Shown here in pieces: positions 1-13,300 of a stretch of 64,000 nucleotides of DNA. Position 1 is the first letter of the stretch. Each line of letters starts with the position of its first letter. The notes under the pieces were generated by a model, which saw nothing but the letters and a program-made list of their open reading frames with translations, was not told the DNA's origin and made no database searches. The stretch is taken from the NCBI RefSeq assembly GCF_964355755.1, contig NC_092676.1:19114871-19178870 (forward strand), in the 5' to 3' direction. The stretch is from Antedon mediterranea. Its lineage: Eukaryota > Animalia > Echinodermata. The position numbers and the translations under genes are program-made.

Positions 1-110
1 TCTGATTTGAATACTTGATGTCTAGGAACTTGTTTTACTAATACAAATTTTGACTTTTTATTTAGTAGAATAGTTTTTATAACAAAAATTTTTTAATTTT
101 CCATAGTCAC

Positions 111-948
111 CTTTTTTAGAGAGTTGATGTTTAACAATGTCCAAAGCCTTTTTCACTTGGTCATCACTGGTGACGTCCAATTGCAGAGTGACCAGTCGAT
201 TCGAACAATTGGCTACAAGAGCTTGTTCACCATCGCCACCTTTCTTTAGACACCCAGCGAACACCCGGAAGCCGAGGGCATCCAGTTGTTTAGCCGTCTC
301 ATAGCCAAACCCACTATCACATCCTAAGTAACAAAATTGTTAATAATTGTTACTGTATCAATCATCATGTCTGCACAAATGTATTCATTATTTTATAATT
401 ATGATTTATTATATGATCATTTTCATTTCATTATAAAAAATGGCCTTAGGAATGTAATAATTGCCATATTCAAGTGAATTGGAAAACCTTATGATCTACA
501 GAAAATATTAAAATGTTCAAAATGCTATGACTATGTTAAGCAATGAAATGATTATAATACAGTACTTTATTTTAATTAAATACTTAACTCAAATATGCCA
601 TACTGATAAATTATAAAATACAGCTAAATAATTTTAGTTCTTTTATTAAAACTTAATAAATAAAAAGCTGGTATTACCTGTAATCAACACCGCTTTCTCT
701 TCAACTGGAAGATATCCCTGAGGAAGATTATTAAAGATGTAATAGCAAGCAGTTGCAAAGACAATCAGGCCAAGTATGCCTCCCAAGATGAACTGGCTAA
801 GAGGTTGGAGAACAGTAGGTAAGATGAGGAGCAAAATTGATGGGAAATTTAACTCTAGTTCATTACTTAGATAGCGAGATAAAGCCGCACCGCTAAACAC
901 TATCGTTATCGTCGAATACGATAATAGATATAAATGATACAAAGACAT
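111..948 (-). CDS. Short-chain dehydrogenase/reductase (retinol dehydrogenase / D-beta-hydroxybutyrate dehydrogenase / 17-beta-HSD type 2/6-like), first two coding exons; gene continues beyond the window start
   Basis: Exon 948-678 (MSLYHLYLL...hydrophobic N-terminus...EEKAVLITG) joins exon 323-111 (CDSGFGYETAKQLDALGFRVFAGCL...LQLDVTSDDQV) across a phase-1 GT-AG intron. The join rebuilds the Rossmann motif VLITGCDSGFG typical of the RDH/BDH1/HSD17B clade. Confidence 0.9.
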
Positions 949-1393
949 TATACTTAAAATATTAATAAGTTTTTCTACAAACAAAAATAGCTAGCCTAGC
1001 TAGGCCTACGAACACGAACCAACTGAAGTCAATCGCGGTAAATAAACCAGCGATTATCTAGAAATACCATGGTTCACTAAGCACGAATACTTATTTTTAG
1101 AACAACGAACTTCCGGTATTTACGTTCTACAATTCGTATGGCGCGCCAGGCCCGTCTTTCACAAAAATACTTTTTAAGTCGCGGGTAATATCGGTTATTT
1201 ATTATAATTTATGTTAATACGACAATAATTTGTAATAATGTGCTTGTCGAAATAACATCGTGATAATATTAGTAACTTTAAAAAGTATATTTAAAGTATT
1301 GACATTTGTTTATAGTAAGGTAGTTTCGGCGTGTAATCACATCTATTTGCCCTAGTTGGAGTTTTGTTTTCATCGTCATCCGTATATGGTACC
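949..1393. promoter_or_regulatory. Bidirectional (head-to-head) promoter region between the SDR gene and the protease-inhibitor gene
   Basis: Divergent ATGs at 948 (-) and 1394 (+) are only ~445 bp apart. A CpG-richer patch contains an ETS/GABP-type ACTTCCGG (1109-1116) and a YY1-like ATGGCG (1138-1143). Confidence 0.55.
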
Positions 1394-4300
1394 ATGGCTA
1401 GATTAAATGCATTATTAATCATTTTGTCATTACTTGTAGTAAGTATTACTTTATTATTAATATATAGTGATATATTCAAAATTGTTCATTTTATAATCAG
1501 ATTGATAGTTTAATGATTATTTAATAAATATTTTTGGAAATAGCTAGGCCTAACTAAATGATATTAATTTCTAGGCCAAAGTAGTTGTTGATTTCAGAAG
1601 TTGTTTCGCCAGAATTATTTGCCACTAAGTCGTTTCGCCCCTATCTATTGCTTATAAATACATAAACTCACTTATGTTAAACAGAATCATCCATGAACCG
1701 GCGTGAAGTTGGTTACTTATTCCTTATTCGATATTCAATTTTTTTTGTGAAGTTGGATCCTTATTCGACATTCACATTCACATGTATGGGGCGCAATATG
1801 TGTAATATTTTAATTAAATGATTTTATACTTACGGCTTAGATTTACTAGGGCTATGATTTATAGGGCTATAACTTCGTTATAAACAGCATGGACCGGGAT
1901 GACGATACATGGGTTGGGGCTAGTAGGGTCCAGTCGTTTCAGAAAATACCACTTGCCCCGGTCCATGCCGTCTAGCTGTCATTTTACGCCATTTTAAAAC
2001 CTTACTACAATTTAACGTTTTTTAAAATAAAAAATGCAATATAACCGGATGATTTATAGTGCTATAATTACGTGATAAACGGCATGGACCGAGATGACGA
2101 TACATGGATTGGGGCGAGTAGGATCTAGTCATTTCAGAAAAATACCACTTGCCCCTGTCCATGCCGTCTAGCTGCCATTTTACGCCATTTTAAACGTTAC
2201 CACAATTTAAGTTTTTTTTAATAAAAAATGCAATATAACCGTATGATTTATAGGGCTATAATTACGTTATAAACGGCATGGACCGGGATGACGATACATA
2301 GGTTGGGGCTAGTAGGGTCCTGTCGTTTCAGAAAAATACCACTTGCCCCGGTCCATGCCGTCTAGCTGCCATTTTACGCCATTTTAAAACGTTACTACAA
2401 TTTAAGTTTTTTTTAAATAAAAAATGTAATATAACCGGATGATATAATAGGGCTATAATTACGTTATAAACGGCATGGACCGGGATGACGATACATGGGT
2501 TGGGGCGAGTAGGGTCCAGTCATTTCAGAAAAATACCACTTGCCCCGGTCCATGCCGTCTAGCTATAATTTTACGCCATTTTAAAACGTTACCACAATTT
2601 AACGTTTAAAAAAAAAAATGCAATATAACCGAATGATTTATAGGGCTATAATTACGTTATAAACGGCATGGACCGGGATGACCATACATGGGTTGGGGCT
2701 AGTAGGGTCCAGTCGTTTAAAAAAAATACCACTTGCCCCGGTCCATGCCGTCTAGCTGTCATTTTACGCCATTTTAAAACGTTACTACAATTTAACGTTT
2801 TTTTAAATAAAAAATGCAATATAACAGGATGATATATAGGGCTATAATTACGTTATAAACGGCATGGACCGGGATGACGATACATGGGTTGGGGCGAGTA
2901 GGGTCTAGTCATTTCAGAAAAATACCACTTGCCCCGGTCCATGCCGTCTAGCTGTAATTTTACGCCATTTTAAAACGTTGCCGGTACTACAATTCAATTT
3001 TTTTAAATAAAAAAATGCAATATAACCGAATGATTTATAGGGCTATAATTACGTTATAAACGGCATGGACCGGGATGACGATACATGGGTTGGGGCGAGT
3101 AGGGTCCAGTCATTTCAGAAAAATACCACTTGCCACGGTCCATGCCGTCTAGCTGTAATTTTACGCCATTTTAAAACGTTGCCGGTACTACAATTTAATT
3201 TTTTAAAATAAAAAATGCAATATAACCGAATGATTTATAGGGCTATAATTACGTTATAAACGGCATGGACCGGGATGACGATACATGGGTTGGGGCGAGT
3301 AGGGTCCAGTTATTTCAGAAAAATACCACTTGCCCGGTCCATGCCGTCTAGCTATCATTTTACGCCATTTTAAAACGTTACCACAATTTAACGTTTAAAA
3401 AAAAAAAATGCAATATAACCGAATGATTTATAGGGGGCTATAATTACGTTATAAACGGCATGGACCGGGATGACGATACATGGGTTGAGGCGAGTAGGGT
3501 CCAGTCATTTCAGAAAAATACCACTTGCCCCGGTCCAGGCCGTCTAGCTGTCATTTTACGCCATTTTAAAACGTTACTACAATTTAACGTTTTTTTAAAT
3601 AAAAAATGCAATATAACAGGATGATATATAGGGCTATAACTACGTTATAAACGGCATGGACCGGGATGACGATACATGGGTTGGGGCGAGTAGGGTCCAG
3701 TAATTTCAGAAAAATACCACTTGCCCCGGTCCATGCCGTCTGGCTGTAATTTTACGCCATTTTAAAACGTTGCCGGTACTACAATTTAATTTTTTTAAAT
3801 AAAAAATGCAATATAACCGAATGATTTATAGGGCTATAATTACGTTATAAACGGCATGGACCGGGATGACGATACATGGGTTGGGGCTAGTAGGGTCCAG
3901 TAGTTTCAGAAAAATACCACTTGCCCCGGTCCAGGCCGTCTAGCTGTCATTTTAGGCCATTTTAAAACGTTACTACAATTTAACGTTTTTTTTTTTATAA
4001 AAAATGCAATATAACCGAATGATTTATAGGGCTATAATTACGTTATAAACGGCATGGACCGGGATGACGATAAATGGGTTGGGGCAAGTAGGGTGCAGTC
4101 AATTCAGAAAATTACCACTTGCCCCGGTCCATGCCGTCTAGCTATCATTTTACGCCATTTAAAACGTTACTACAATTTAACGTTTTTTTAAATAAAAAAT
4201 GCAATATAACAGGATGATATATAGGGCTATAATTACGTTATAAACGGCATGGACCGGGATGACGATACATGGGTTGGGGCGAGTAGGGTCCAGTCATTTC

Positions 4301-7300
4301 AGAAGATTTTCTCTTGCCCCGGTCCATGCCGTCTAGCTGTCATTTTACGCCATTTTAAAACGTTACTACAATTTAACGTTTTTAAAAATAAAAAATGCAA
4401 TATAAATGCATGATTTATAGGGCTATAATTACGTTATAAACGGCATGGACCGGGATGACGATACATGGGTTGGGGCGAGTAGGGTCCAGTCATTACAGAA
4501 ACATACCACTTGTCCAGATCCATGCCGTCTAGCTGCCATTTTACGCCATTTTAAAACGTTACTACAATTTACGTTTTTTTAAAATAAAAAATGTAATATA
4601 ACCGGATGATATATAGGGCTATAATTACGTTATAAACGGCATGGACCGGGATGACGATACATGGGTTGAGGCGAGTAGGGTCCAGTCATTTCAGAAAAAT
4701 ACCACTTGCCCCGGTCCATGTCGTCTAGCTGCCATTTTACGCCATTTTAAAATGTTACTATAATTTAAGTTTTTTTTTGTAAAAAATGCAATATAACCGG
4801 AAGATATATAGGGCTATAGTTACGTTATAAACGGCATGGACCGGGATGACGATACATGGGTTGAGGCGAGTAGGGTCCAGTCGTTTCAGAAAAATACCAC
4901 TTGCCCCGGTCCATGCCGTCTAGCTGGCATTTTACGCCATTTTAAAACGTTACTACAATTTAACGTTTTTTTAAATAAAAAATGCAATATAACAGGATGA
5001 TATATAGGGCTATAATTACGTTATAAACGGCATGGACCGGGATGACGATACATGGGTTGGGGCGAGTAGGCTCCAGTCATTTCAGAAAAATACCACTTGC
5101 CTCGGTCCATGCCGTCTAGCTGTCATTTTACGCCATTTTAAAACGTTACCGGTACTACAATTTAATTTTTTTAAATAAAAAATGCAATATAACCGAATGA
5201 TTTATAGGGCGATAATTACGTTATAAACGACATGGACCTTGGTGACGATACATGGGTTGGGGCTAGTATGGTCCAGTAGTTTCAGAAAAATACCACTTGA
5301 CCCGGTCCATGCCGTCTAGCTGCCATTTCACGTCATTTTAAAACCTTACTACAATTTAACGTTTTTATAAAAAATGCAATATAACCGGATGATATAAGGC
5401 TATAATTACGTTATAAACGGCATGGACCGGGATGACGATACATGGGTTGGGGCGAGTATGGTCCAGTCATTTCAGAAAATTTTCTCTTGCCCCGGTCCAT
5501 GCCGTCTAGCTGTCATTTTACGCCATTTTAAAACGTTACTACAATTTAACGTTTTTAAAAATAAAAAATGCAATATAAATGCATGATTTATAGGGCTATA
5601 ATTACGTTATAAACGACATGGACCGGGATGACGATACATGGGTTGGGGCGAGTAGGGTCCAGTCATTACAGAAACATACCACTTGTCCCGATCCATGCCG
5701 TCTAGCTGCCATTTTACGCCATTTTAAAACGTTACTACAATTTACGTTTTTTTTTAAATAAAAAATGTAATATAACCGGATGATATATAGGGCTATAATT
5801 ACGTTATAAACGGCATGGACCGGGATAAAGATACATGGGTTGAGGCGAGTAGGGTCCAGTCATTTCAGAAAAATACCACTTGCCCCGGTCCATGCCGTCT
5901 AGCTGCCATTTTACGCCATTTTAAAATGTTACTACAATTTAAGTTTTTTTTTGTAAAAAATGCAATATAACCGGAAGATATATAGGGCTATAATTACGTT
6001 ATAAACGGCATGGACCGGGATGACGAGACATGGGTTGGGGCTAGTAGGGTCCTGTCGTTTCAGAAAAATACCACTAGCCCCGGTCCATGCCGTCTAGCTG
6101 CCATTTTACGCCATTTTAAAACGTTACTACAATTTAAGATTTTTTTTAATGAAAATAGAATATAACCGGATGATATATAGGGCTATAATTACGTTATAAA
6201 CGGCATGGACCGGGATGACGATACATTGGTTGGGGCGAGTATGGTCCAGTCATTTCAGAAAAATACCACTTGCCCAGGTCCATGCCGTCTAGCTATCATT
6301 TAACGCCATTTTAAAACGTTACTAAAATTTAACGTTTTTTTTATAAAAAATGCAATATAACCGAATGATTTATAGGGCTATAATTACGTTACAAACGGCA
6401 TGGACCGAGATGACGATACATGGGTTGGGGCTAGTAGGGTCCAGTAGTTTCAGAAAAATACCACTTGCCCCGGTCCATGCCGTCTAGCTGTCATTTTACG
6501 ACATTTTAAAACGTTACTACAATTTAACGTTTTTTAAAATAAAAAATGCAAAATAACTGGATGATATATAGGGCTATAATTACGTTATAAACGGCATGGA
6601 CCGGGATGACGATACATGGGTTGGGGCGAGTAGGGTCCAGTCATTTCAGAAAATTTTCTCTTGCCCCGGTCCATGCCGTCTAGCTGTCATTTTACGCCAT
6701 TTTAAAACGTTACTACAATTTAACGTTTTTAAAAATAAAAAATGCAATATAAATGCATGATTTATAGGGCTATAATTACGTTATAAACGGCATGGACCGG
6801 GATGACGATACATGGGTTGGGGCGACTAGGGTCCAGTAATTACAGAAACATACCACTTGTCCCGATCCATGCCGTCTAGCTGCCATTTTACGCCATTTTA
6901 AAACGTTACTACAATTTACGTTTTTTTTAAATAAAAAATGTAATATAACCGGATGATATATAGGGCTATAATTACGTTATAAACGGCATGGACCGGGATG
7001 ACGATACATGGGTTGAGGCGAGTAGGGTCCAGTCATTTCAGAAAAATACCAGTTGCCCCGGTCCATGCCGTCTAGCTGCCATTTTACGCCATTTTAAAAC
7101 GTTACTACAATTTAACGTTTTTTAAAATAAAAAATGCAATATAACAGGATGATATATAGGGCTATAATTACGTTATAAACGGCATGGACTGGGATGACGA
7201 TACATGGGTTGGGGCGAGTAGGGTCCAGTCATTTCAGAAAATTATCTCTTGCCCCGGTCCATGCCGTCTAGCTGTCATTTTACGCCATTTTAAAACGTTA

Positions 7301-10300
7301 CTACAATTTAACGTTTTTAAAAATAAAAAATGCAATATAAATGCATGATTTATAGGGCTATAATTACGTTATAAACGGCATGGACCGGGATGACGATACA
7401 TGGGTTGGGGCTAGTAGGGTCCTGTCGTTTCAGAAAAATACCACTTGCCCCGGTCCATGCCGTCTAGCTGTCATTTTACGCAATTTTAAGACGTTACTAC
7501 AATTTAACGTTTTTTAAAATAAAAAATGCAATATAACAGGATGATATATAGGGCTATAATTACGTTATAAACGGCATGGACCGGGATGACGATACATGGG
7601 TTGGGGCGAGTAGGGTCCAGTCATTGCATAAAAATACCACTTTTCCCGGTCCATGCCGTCTAGCTGTCATTTTACGCCATTTTAAAACGTTACCGGTACT
7701 ACAATTTAATTTTTTTAAATAAAAAATGCAATATAACCGAATGATTTATAAGGCTATAATTACGTTATAAACGGCATGGACCGGGATGACGATACATGGG
7801 TTGGGGCTAGTAGGATCCAGTAGTTTCAGAAAAATACCACTTTACCCGGTCCATGCTGTCTAGCTGCCATTTCACGCCATTTTAAAACCTTACTACAATT
7901 TAACGTTTTTATAAAAAATTCAATATAACCGGATGACATATAGGGCTATAATTACGTTATAAACGGCATGGACCGGGATGACGATACATGGGTTGGGACG
8001 AGTAGGGTCCAGTCATTTCAGAAAAATACCTCTTACCCCGGTCCATGCCGTCTAGCTGTCATTTTACGCCATTTTAAACGTTACTACAATTTAATTTTTT
8101 TTTAATATAAAAAATGCAATATAACCGGATGATATATAGGGCTATAATTACGTTATAAACGGCATGGACCGGGATGACGATACATGGGTTGGGGCTAGCA
8201 GGGTCCAGTCGTTTCAGAAAAATACCACTTGGCCCGGTCCATGCCGTCTAGCTGTCATTTTACGCCATTTTAAAACGTTACTACAATTTAACGATTTTTA
8301 AATTAAAAAATGCAATAAACACGTATGATTTATAGGGCTATAATTACGTTATAAACGGCATGGACAGGGATGACGATATATGGGTTGGGGCGAGTAGAGT
8401 CCAGTCATTTTGGAAAAATACCATTTGCCCTGGTCCATGCCGTCTAGCTGTCATATTACGCCATTTAAAAACGTTACTACAATTTAACGTTTTTTTTAAT
8501 AAAAAATGCAATATAAATGGATGATTTATAGGGCTATAATTACGTTATAAATGGCATGGACCGGGATGACGACAAATGGGTTGGGGCTAGTAGGGTCCAG
8601 TCGTTTCAGAAAAATACCACTTGCCCCGGTCCATGCCGTCTAGCTGCCATTTTACGACATTTTAAAACGTTACTACAATTTAACGTTTTTATAAAAAATG
8701 CAATATAAACGGATGATATATAGGGCTATAATTACGTTATAAACGGCATGGACCGGGATGACGATACATGGGTTGGGGCCAGTAGGGTCCAGTCATTATA
8801 AAAAAAGACCACTTGCCCCTGTCCATACCGTCTAGCTGCCATTTTACGCCATTTTAAAACGTTACTACAATTGAACTTTAAAAAAAAATGCAATATAAAC
8901 GCATTATTTATAGGGCTATAATTACGTTATAAACGGCATGGACCGGGATGACGATACGTGAGTAAAATGACTGGACCCTACTTGCCCCAATCAATGTATC
9001 GTCATCCCGGTCCATCCCGTTTATAACGTAATTTTAGCCCTATAAATCATGCGTTTATATTGCATTTTTTATTTAAAAAAAAGTTAAATTGTAGTAACAT
9101 TTTAAAATGGCGTAAAATGGCGGCTAGACGGCATAGACCGGGCAAGTGGTATGTTTATAAAATCACTGGACCATACTCGCCCCAACCTATGTATCGTCAT
9201 CCCGGTCCATGCCGTTTATAACGTAATTATAGCCCTATAAATCATGCGATTATATTGCATTTTTAAATTTAAAAATCGTTAAATTGTAGTAACGTTTTTG
9301 GTTTTAAAATGGCGTAAAATGACAGCTAGACGGCATGGACCGGGGCAATTGGTATTTTTCCGAAATTACTAGACCCTACTCGTCCAAACCCATGCATCGT
9401 CATCCCGGTCCATGCCGTTTATAACGTAATTATAGCCCTATAAATCATACGTTTATAGTGCATTTTTTATTTCTAAAAACGTTAAATTGTAGTAACGTTT
9501 TAAAATGGCGTAAAATGACAGCTAGACGGCATAGACCGGGGCAAGTGGTACTTTTCTATAATGACTGGTCCCTACTCTCCCCAACCCATGTATCGTCATC
9601 CCGGTCCATGCCGTTTATAACGTAATTATAGCCTTATATATCATCCGGTTATATTGCATTTTTTATAAAAACGTTAAATTGTAGTAAGGTTTTAAAATGG
9701 CGTGAAATGGCAGCTAGACGGCATGGACCGGATCAAGTGGTATTTTTCTGAAACTAATGGACCCTACTAGCCCCAACCCATGTATCGTCATCCCGGTCCA
9801 TGCCGTTTATAACGTAATTATAGCCCTATACATCATACGTTTATATTGCATTTTGTATTTTAAAAAATTAAATTGTAGTACCGGTAATGTTTTAAAATGG
9901 CTTAAAATGACAGCTAGACGGCATGGACCGGGGCAAGTGGTATTTTTCTGAAATGACTGGACCCTACTCGCCCCAACCCATGTATCGTCATCCCGGTCCA
10001 TGCCGTTTATAACGTAATTATAGCCCTGTATATCATCCTGTTATATTGCATTTTTTATTTAAAAAAACGTTAAATTATAGTAACGTTTTAAAATGGCGTA
10101 AAATGACAGCTAGACGGCATGGAACGGGGTAAGAGGTATTTTTCTTAAATGACTGGACCTTACTCGCCCCAACCCATGTATCGTCATCCCGGTCCATGCC
10201 GTTTATAACGTAATTATAGCCCTATATTTCATCCGGTTATATTGCAATTTTTATTAAAACGTTAAATTGTATTAATGTTTTAAAATGGCTTAAAATGACA

Positions 10301-13300
10301 GCTAGACGGCATGGACCGGGGCAAGTGGTATTTTTATGAAATGACTGGACCCTACTCGCCCCAACCCATGTATCGTTATCCCGGTCCATGCCGTTTATAA
10401 CGTAATTATAGCCCTATAAATCATACGTTTACATTGCATTTTTTATGAAAACGTTAAATTGTAGTAACGTTTTAAAATGGCGTAAAATGACAGCTAGACG
10501 GCATGGACCGGGGTAAGAGTTATATTTCTGAAATGACTGGACCCTACTCGCCCCAACCCATGTATCGTCATCCCGGTCCATGCCGTTTATAACGTAATTA
10601 TAGCCCTATAAATCATTCGGTTATATGGCATTTTTTATAAAAAAAACCCGTTAAATTGTAGTAACGTTTTAAAATGGCGTAAAATGATAGCTAGACGGCA
10701 TGGACCAGGGCAAGTGGTATTTTTCTGAATTGACTGGACCCTACTTGCCCCAACCCATGTATCGTCATCCCGGTCCATGCCGTTTATAACGTAATTATAG
10801 CCCTATAAATCATACGTTTACATTGCATTTTTTATGAAAACCTTAAATTGTAGTAACGTTTTAAAATGGCGTAAAATGACAGCTAGACGGCATGGACCGG
10901 GGCAAGTGGTATTTTTCTGAAATGACTGGACCCTACTCGCCCCAACCCATGTATCGTCATCCCGGTCCATGCCGTTTATAACGTAATTATAGCCCTATAT
11001 TTCATCCGGTTATATTGCATTTTTATAAAAACGTTAAATTGTAGTAAGGTTTTAAAATGGCGTAAAATGGCAGCTAGACGGACGGCCTGGACCGGGTCAA
11101 GTGGTATTTTTCTGAAACTAATGGACCCTACTAGCCCCAACCCATGTATCGTCATCCCGGTCCATGCCGTTTATAACGTAATTATAGCCCTATAAATCAT
11201 TCGGTTATATTGCATTTTGTATTTAAAAAAATTAAATTGTAGTACCGGTAACGTTTTAAAATGGCTTAAAATGACAGCTAGACGGCATGGACCGAGGCAA
11301 GTGGTATTTTTATGAAATGACTGGACCCTACTCGCCCCAACCCATGTATCGTTATCCCGGTCCATGCCGTTTATAACGTAATTATAGCCCTATACATCAT
11401 ACGTTTACATTGCATTTTTTCTGAAAACCTTAAATTGTAGTAACGTTTTAAAATGGCGTAAAATGACAGCTAGATGGCATGGACCGGGGTAAGAGGTATA
11501 TTTCTGAAATGACTGGACCCTACTCGCCCCAACCCATGTATCGTCATCCCGGTCCATGCCGTTTATAATGTAATTATAGCCCTATATATCATCCGGTTAT
11601 ATTGCATTTTTTATAAAAACGTTAAATTTTAGTAAGGTTTTAAAATGGCGTGAAATGGCAGCTAGACGGCATGGACCGGGGCAAGTGGTATATTTCTGAA
11701 ATGACTGGACCATACTAGCCCCAACCCATGTATCGTCATCCCGGTCCATGCCGTTTATAACGTAATTATAGCCCTATAAATCATTCGGTTATATTGCATT
11801 TTTTATTAAAAAAACCGTTAAATTGTAGTAACGTTTTAAAATGGCGTAAAATGATAGCTAGACGGCATAAACCGGGGCAAGTGGTATTTTTCTGAATTGA
11901 CTGGACCCTACTTGCCCCAACCCATGTATCGTCATCCCGGTCCATGCCGTTTATAACGTAATTATAGCCCTATAAATCATACGTTTACATTGCATTTTTT
12001 ATGAAAACCTTAAATTGTAGTAACGTTTTAAAATGGCGTAAAATGACAGCTAGACGGCATGGACCGGGGTAAGAGGTATTTTTCTTAAATGACTGGACCT
12101 TTCTCGCCCCAACCCATGTATCGTCATCCCGGTCTATGCCGTTTATAACGTAATTATAGCCCTATATTTCATCCGGTTATATTGCATTTTTTATAAAAAC
12201 GTTAAATTGTAGTAAGGTTTTAAAATGGCGTGAAATGGCAGCTAGACGGCCTGGACCGGGTCAAGTGGTATTTTTCTGAAACTACTGGACCCTACTAGCC
12301 CCAACCCATGTATCGTCATCCCGGTCCATGCCGTTTATAACGTAATTATAGCCCTATAAATCATTCGGTTATATTGCATTTTGTATTTTAAAAAATTAAA
12401 TTGTAGTACCGGTAACGTTTTAAAATGGCTTAAAATGACAGCTAGACGGCATGGACCGGGGCAAGTGGTATTTTTCTGAAATGACTGGACCCTACTCGCC
12501 CCAACCCATGTATCGTTATCCCGGTCCATGCCGTTTATAACGTAATTATAGCCCTATACATCATACGTTTACATTGCATTTTTTATGAAAACCTTAAATT
12601 GTAGTAACGTTTTAAAATGGCGTAAAATGACAGCTAGACGGCATGGACCGGGGTAAGAGGTATATTTCTGAAATGACTGGACCCTACTCGCCCCAACCCA
12701 TGTATCGTCATCCCGGTCCATGCCGTTTATAACGTAATTATAGCCCTATATATCATCCGGTTATATTGCATTTTTTATAAAAACATTGAATTGTAGTAAG
12801 GTTTTAAAATGGCGTGAAATGGCAGCTAGACGGCATGGACCGGGGCAAGTGGTATTTTTCTGAAATGACTGGACCCTACTCGCCCCAACCCATGTATCGT
12901 CATCCCGGTCCATGCCGTTTATAACGTAATTATAGCCCTATAAATCATTCGGTTATATTGCATTTTGTATTTTAAAAAATTAAATTGTAGTACCGGTAAC
13001 GTTTTAAAATGGCTTAAAATGACAGCTAGACGGCATGGACCGGGGCAAGTGGTATTTTTCTGAAATGACTGGACCCTACTCGCCCCAACCCATGTATCGT
13101 TATCCCGGTCCATGCCGTTTATAACGTAATTATAGCCCTATACATCATACGTTTACATTGCATTTTTTATGAAAACCTTAAATTGTAGTAACGTTTTAAA
13201 ATGGCGTAAAATGACAGCTAGACGGCATGGACCGGGGTAAGAGGTATATTTCTGAAATGACTGGACCCTACTCGCCCCAACCCATGTATCGTCATCCCGG

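Noticed and set aside
1869-1882. ATAACTTCGTTATA at both array ends resembles a loxP arm (ATAACTTCGTATA)
   Set aside because: It has an extra base and no second arm at 8-bp spacing; it is simply a variant of the unit's ATAATTACGTTATA.
9757-13113. Repeated 64-aa ORFs (MDRD(D/N)[12 protein letters not shown]...) in the ORF track
   Set aside because: They are chance open frames in those satellite units whose 6-bp insertion and A-tract length preserve the frame; most units are frameshifted and there is no protein-like signal.
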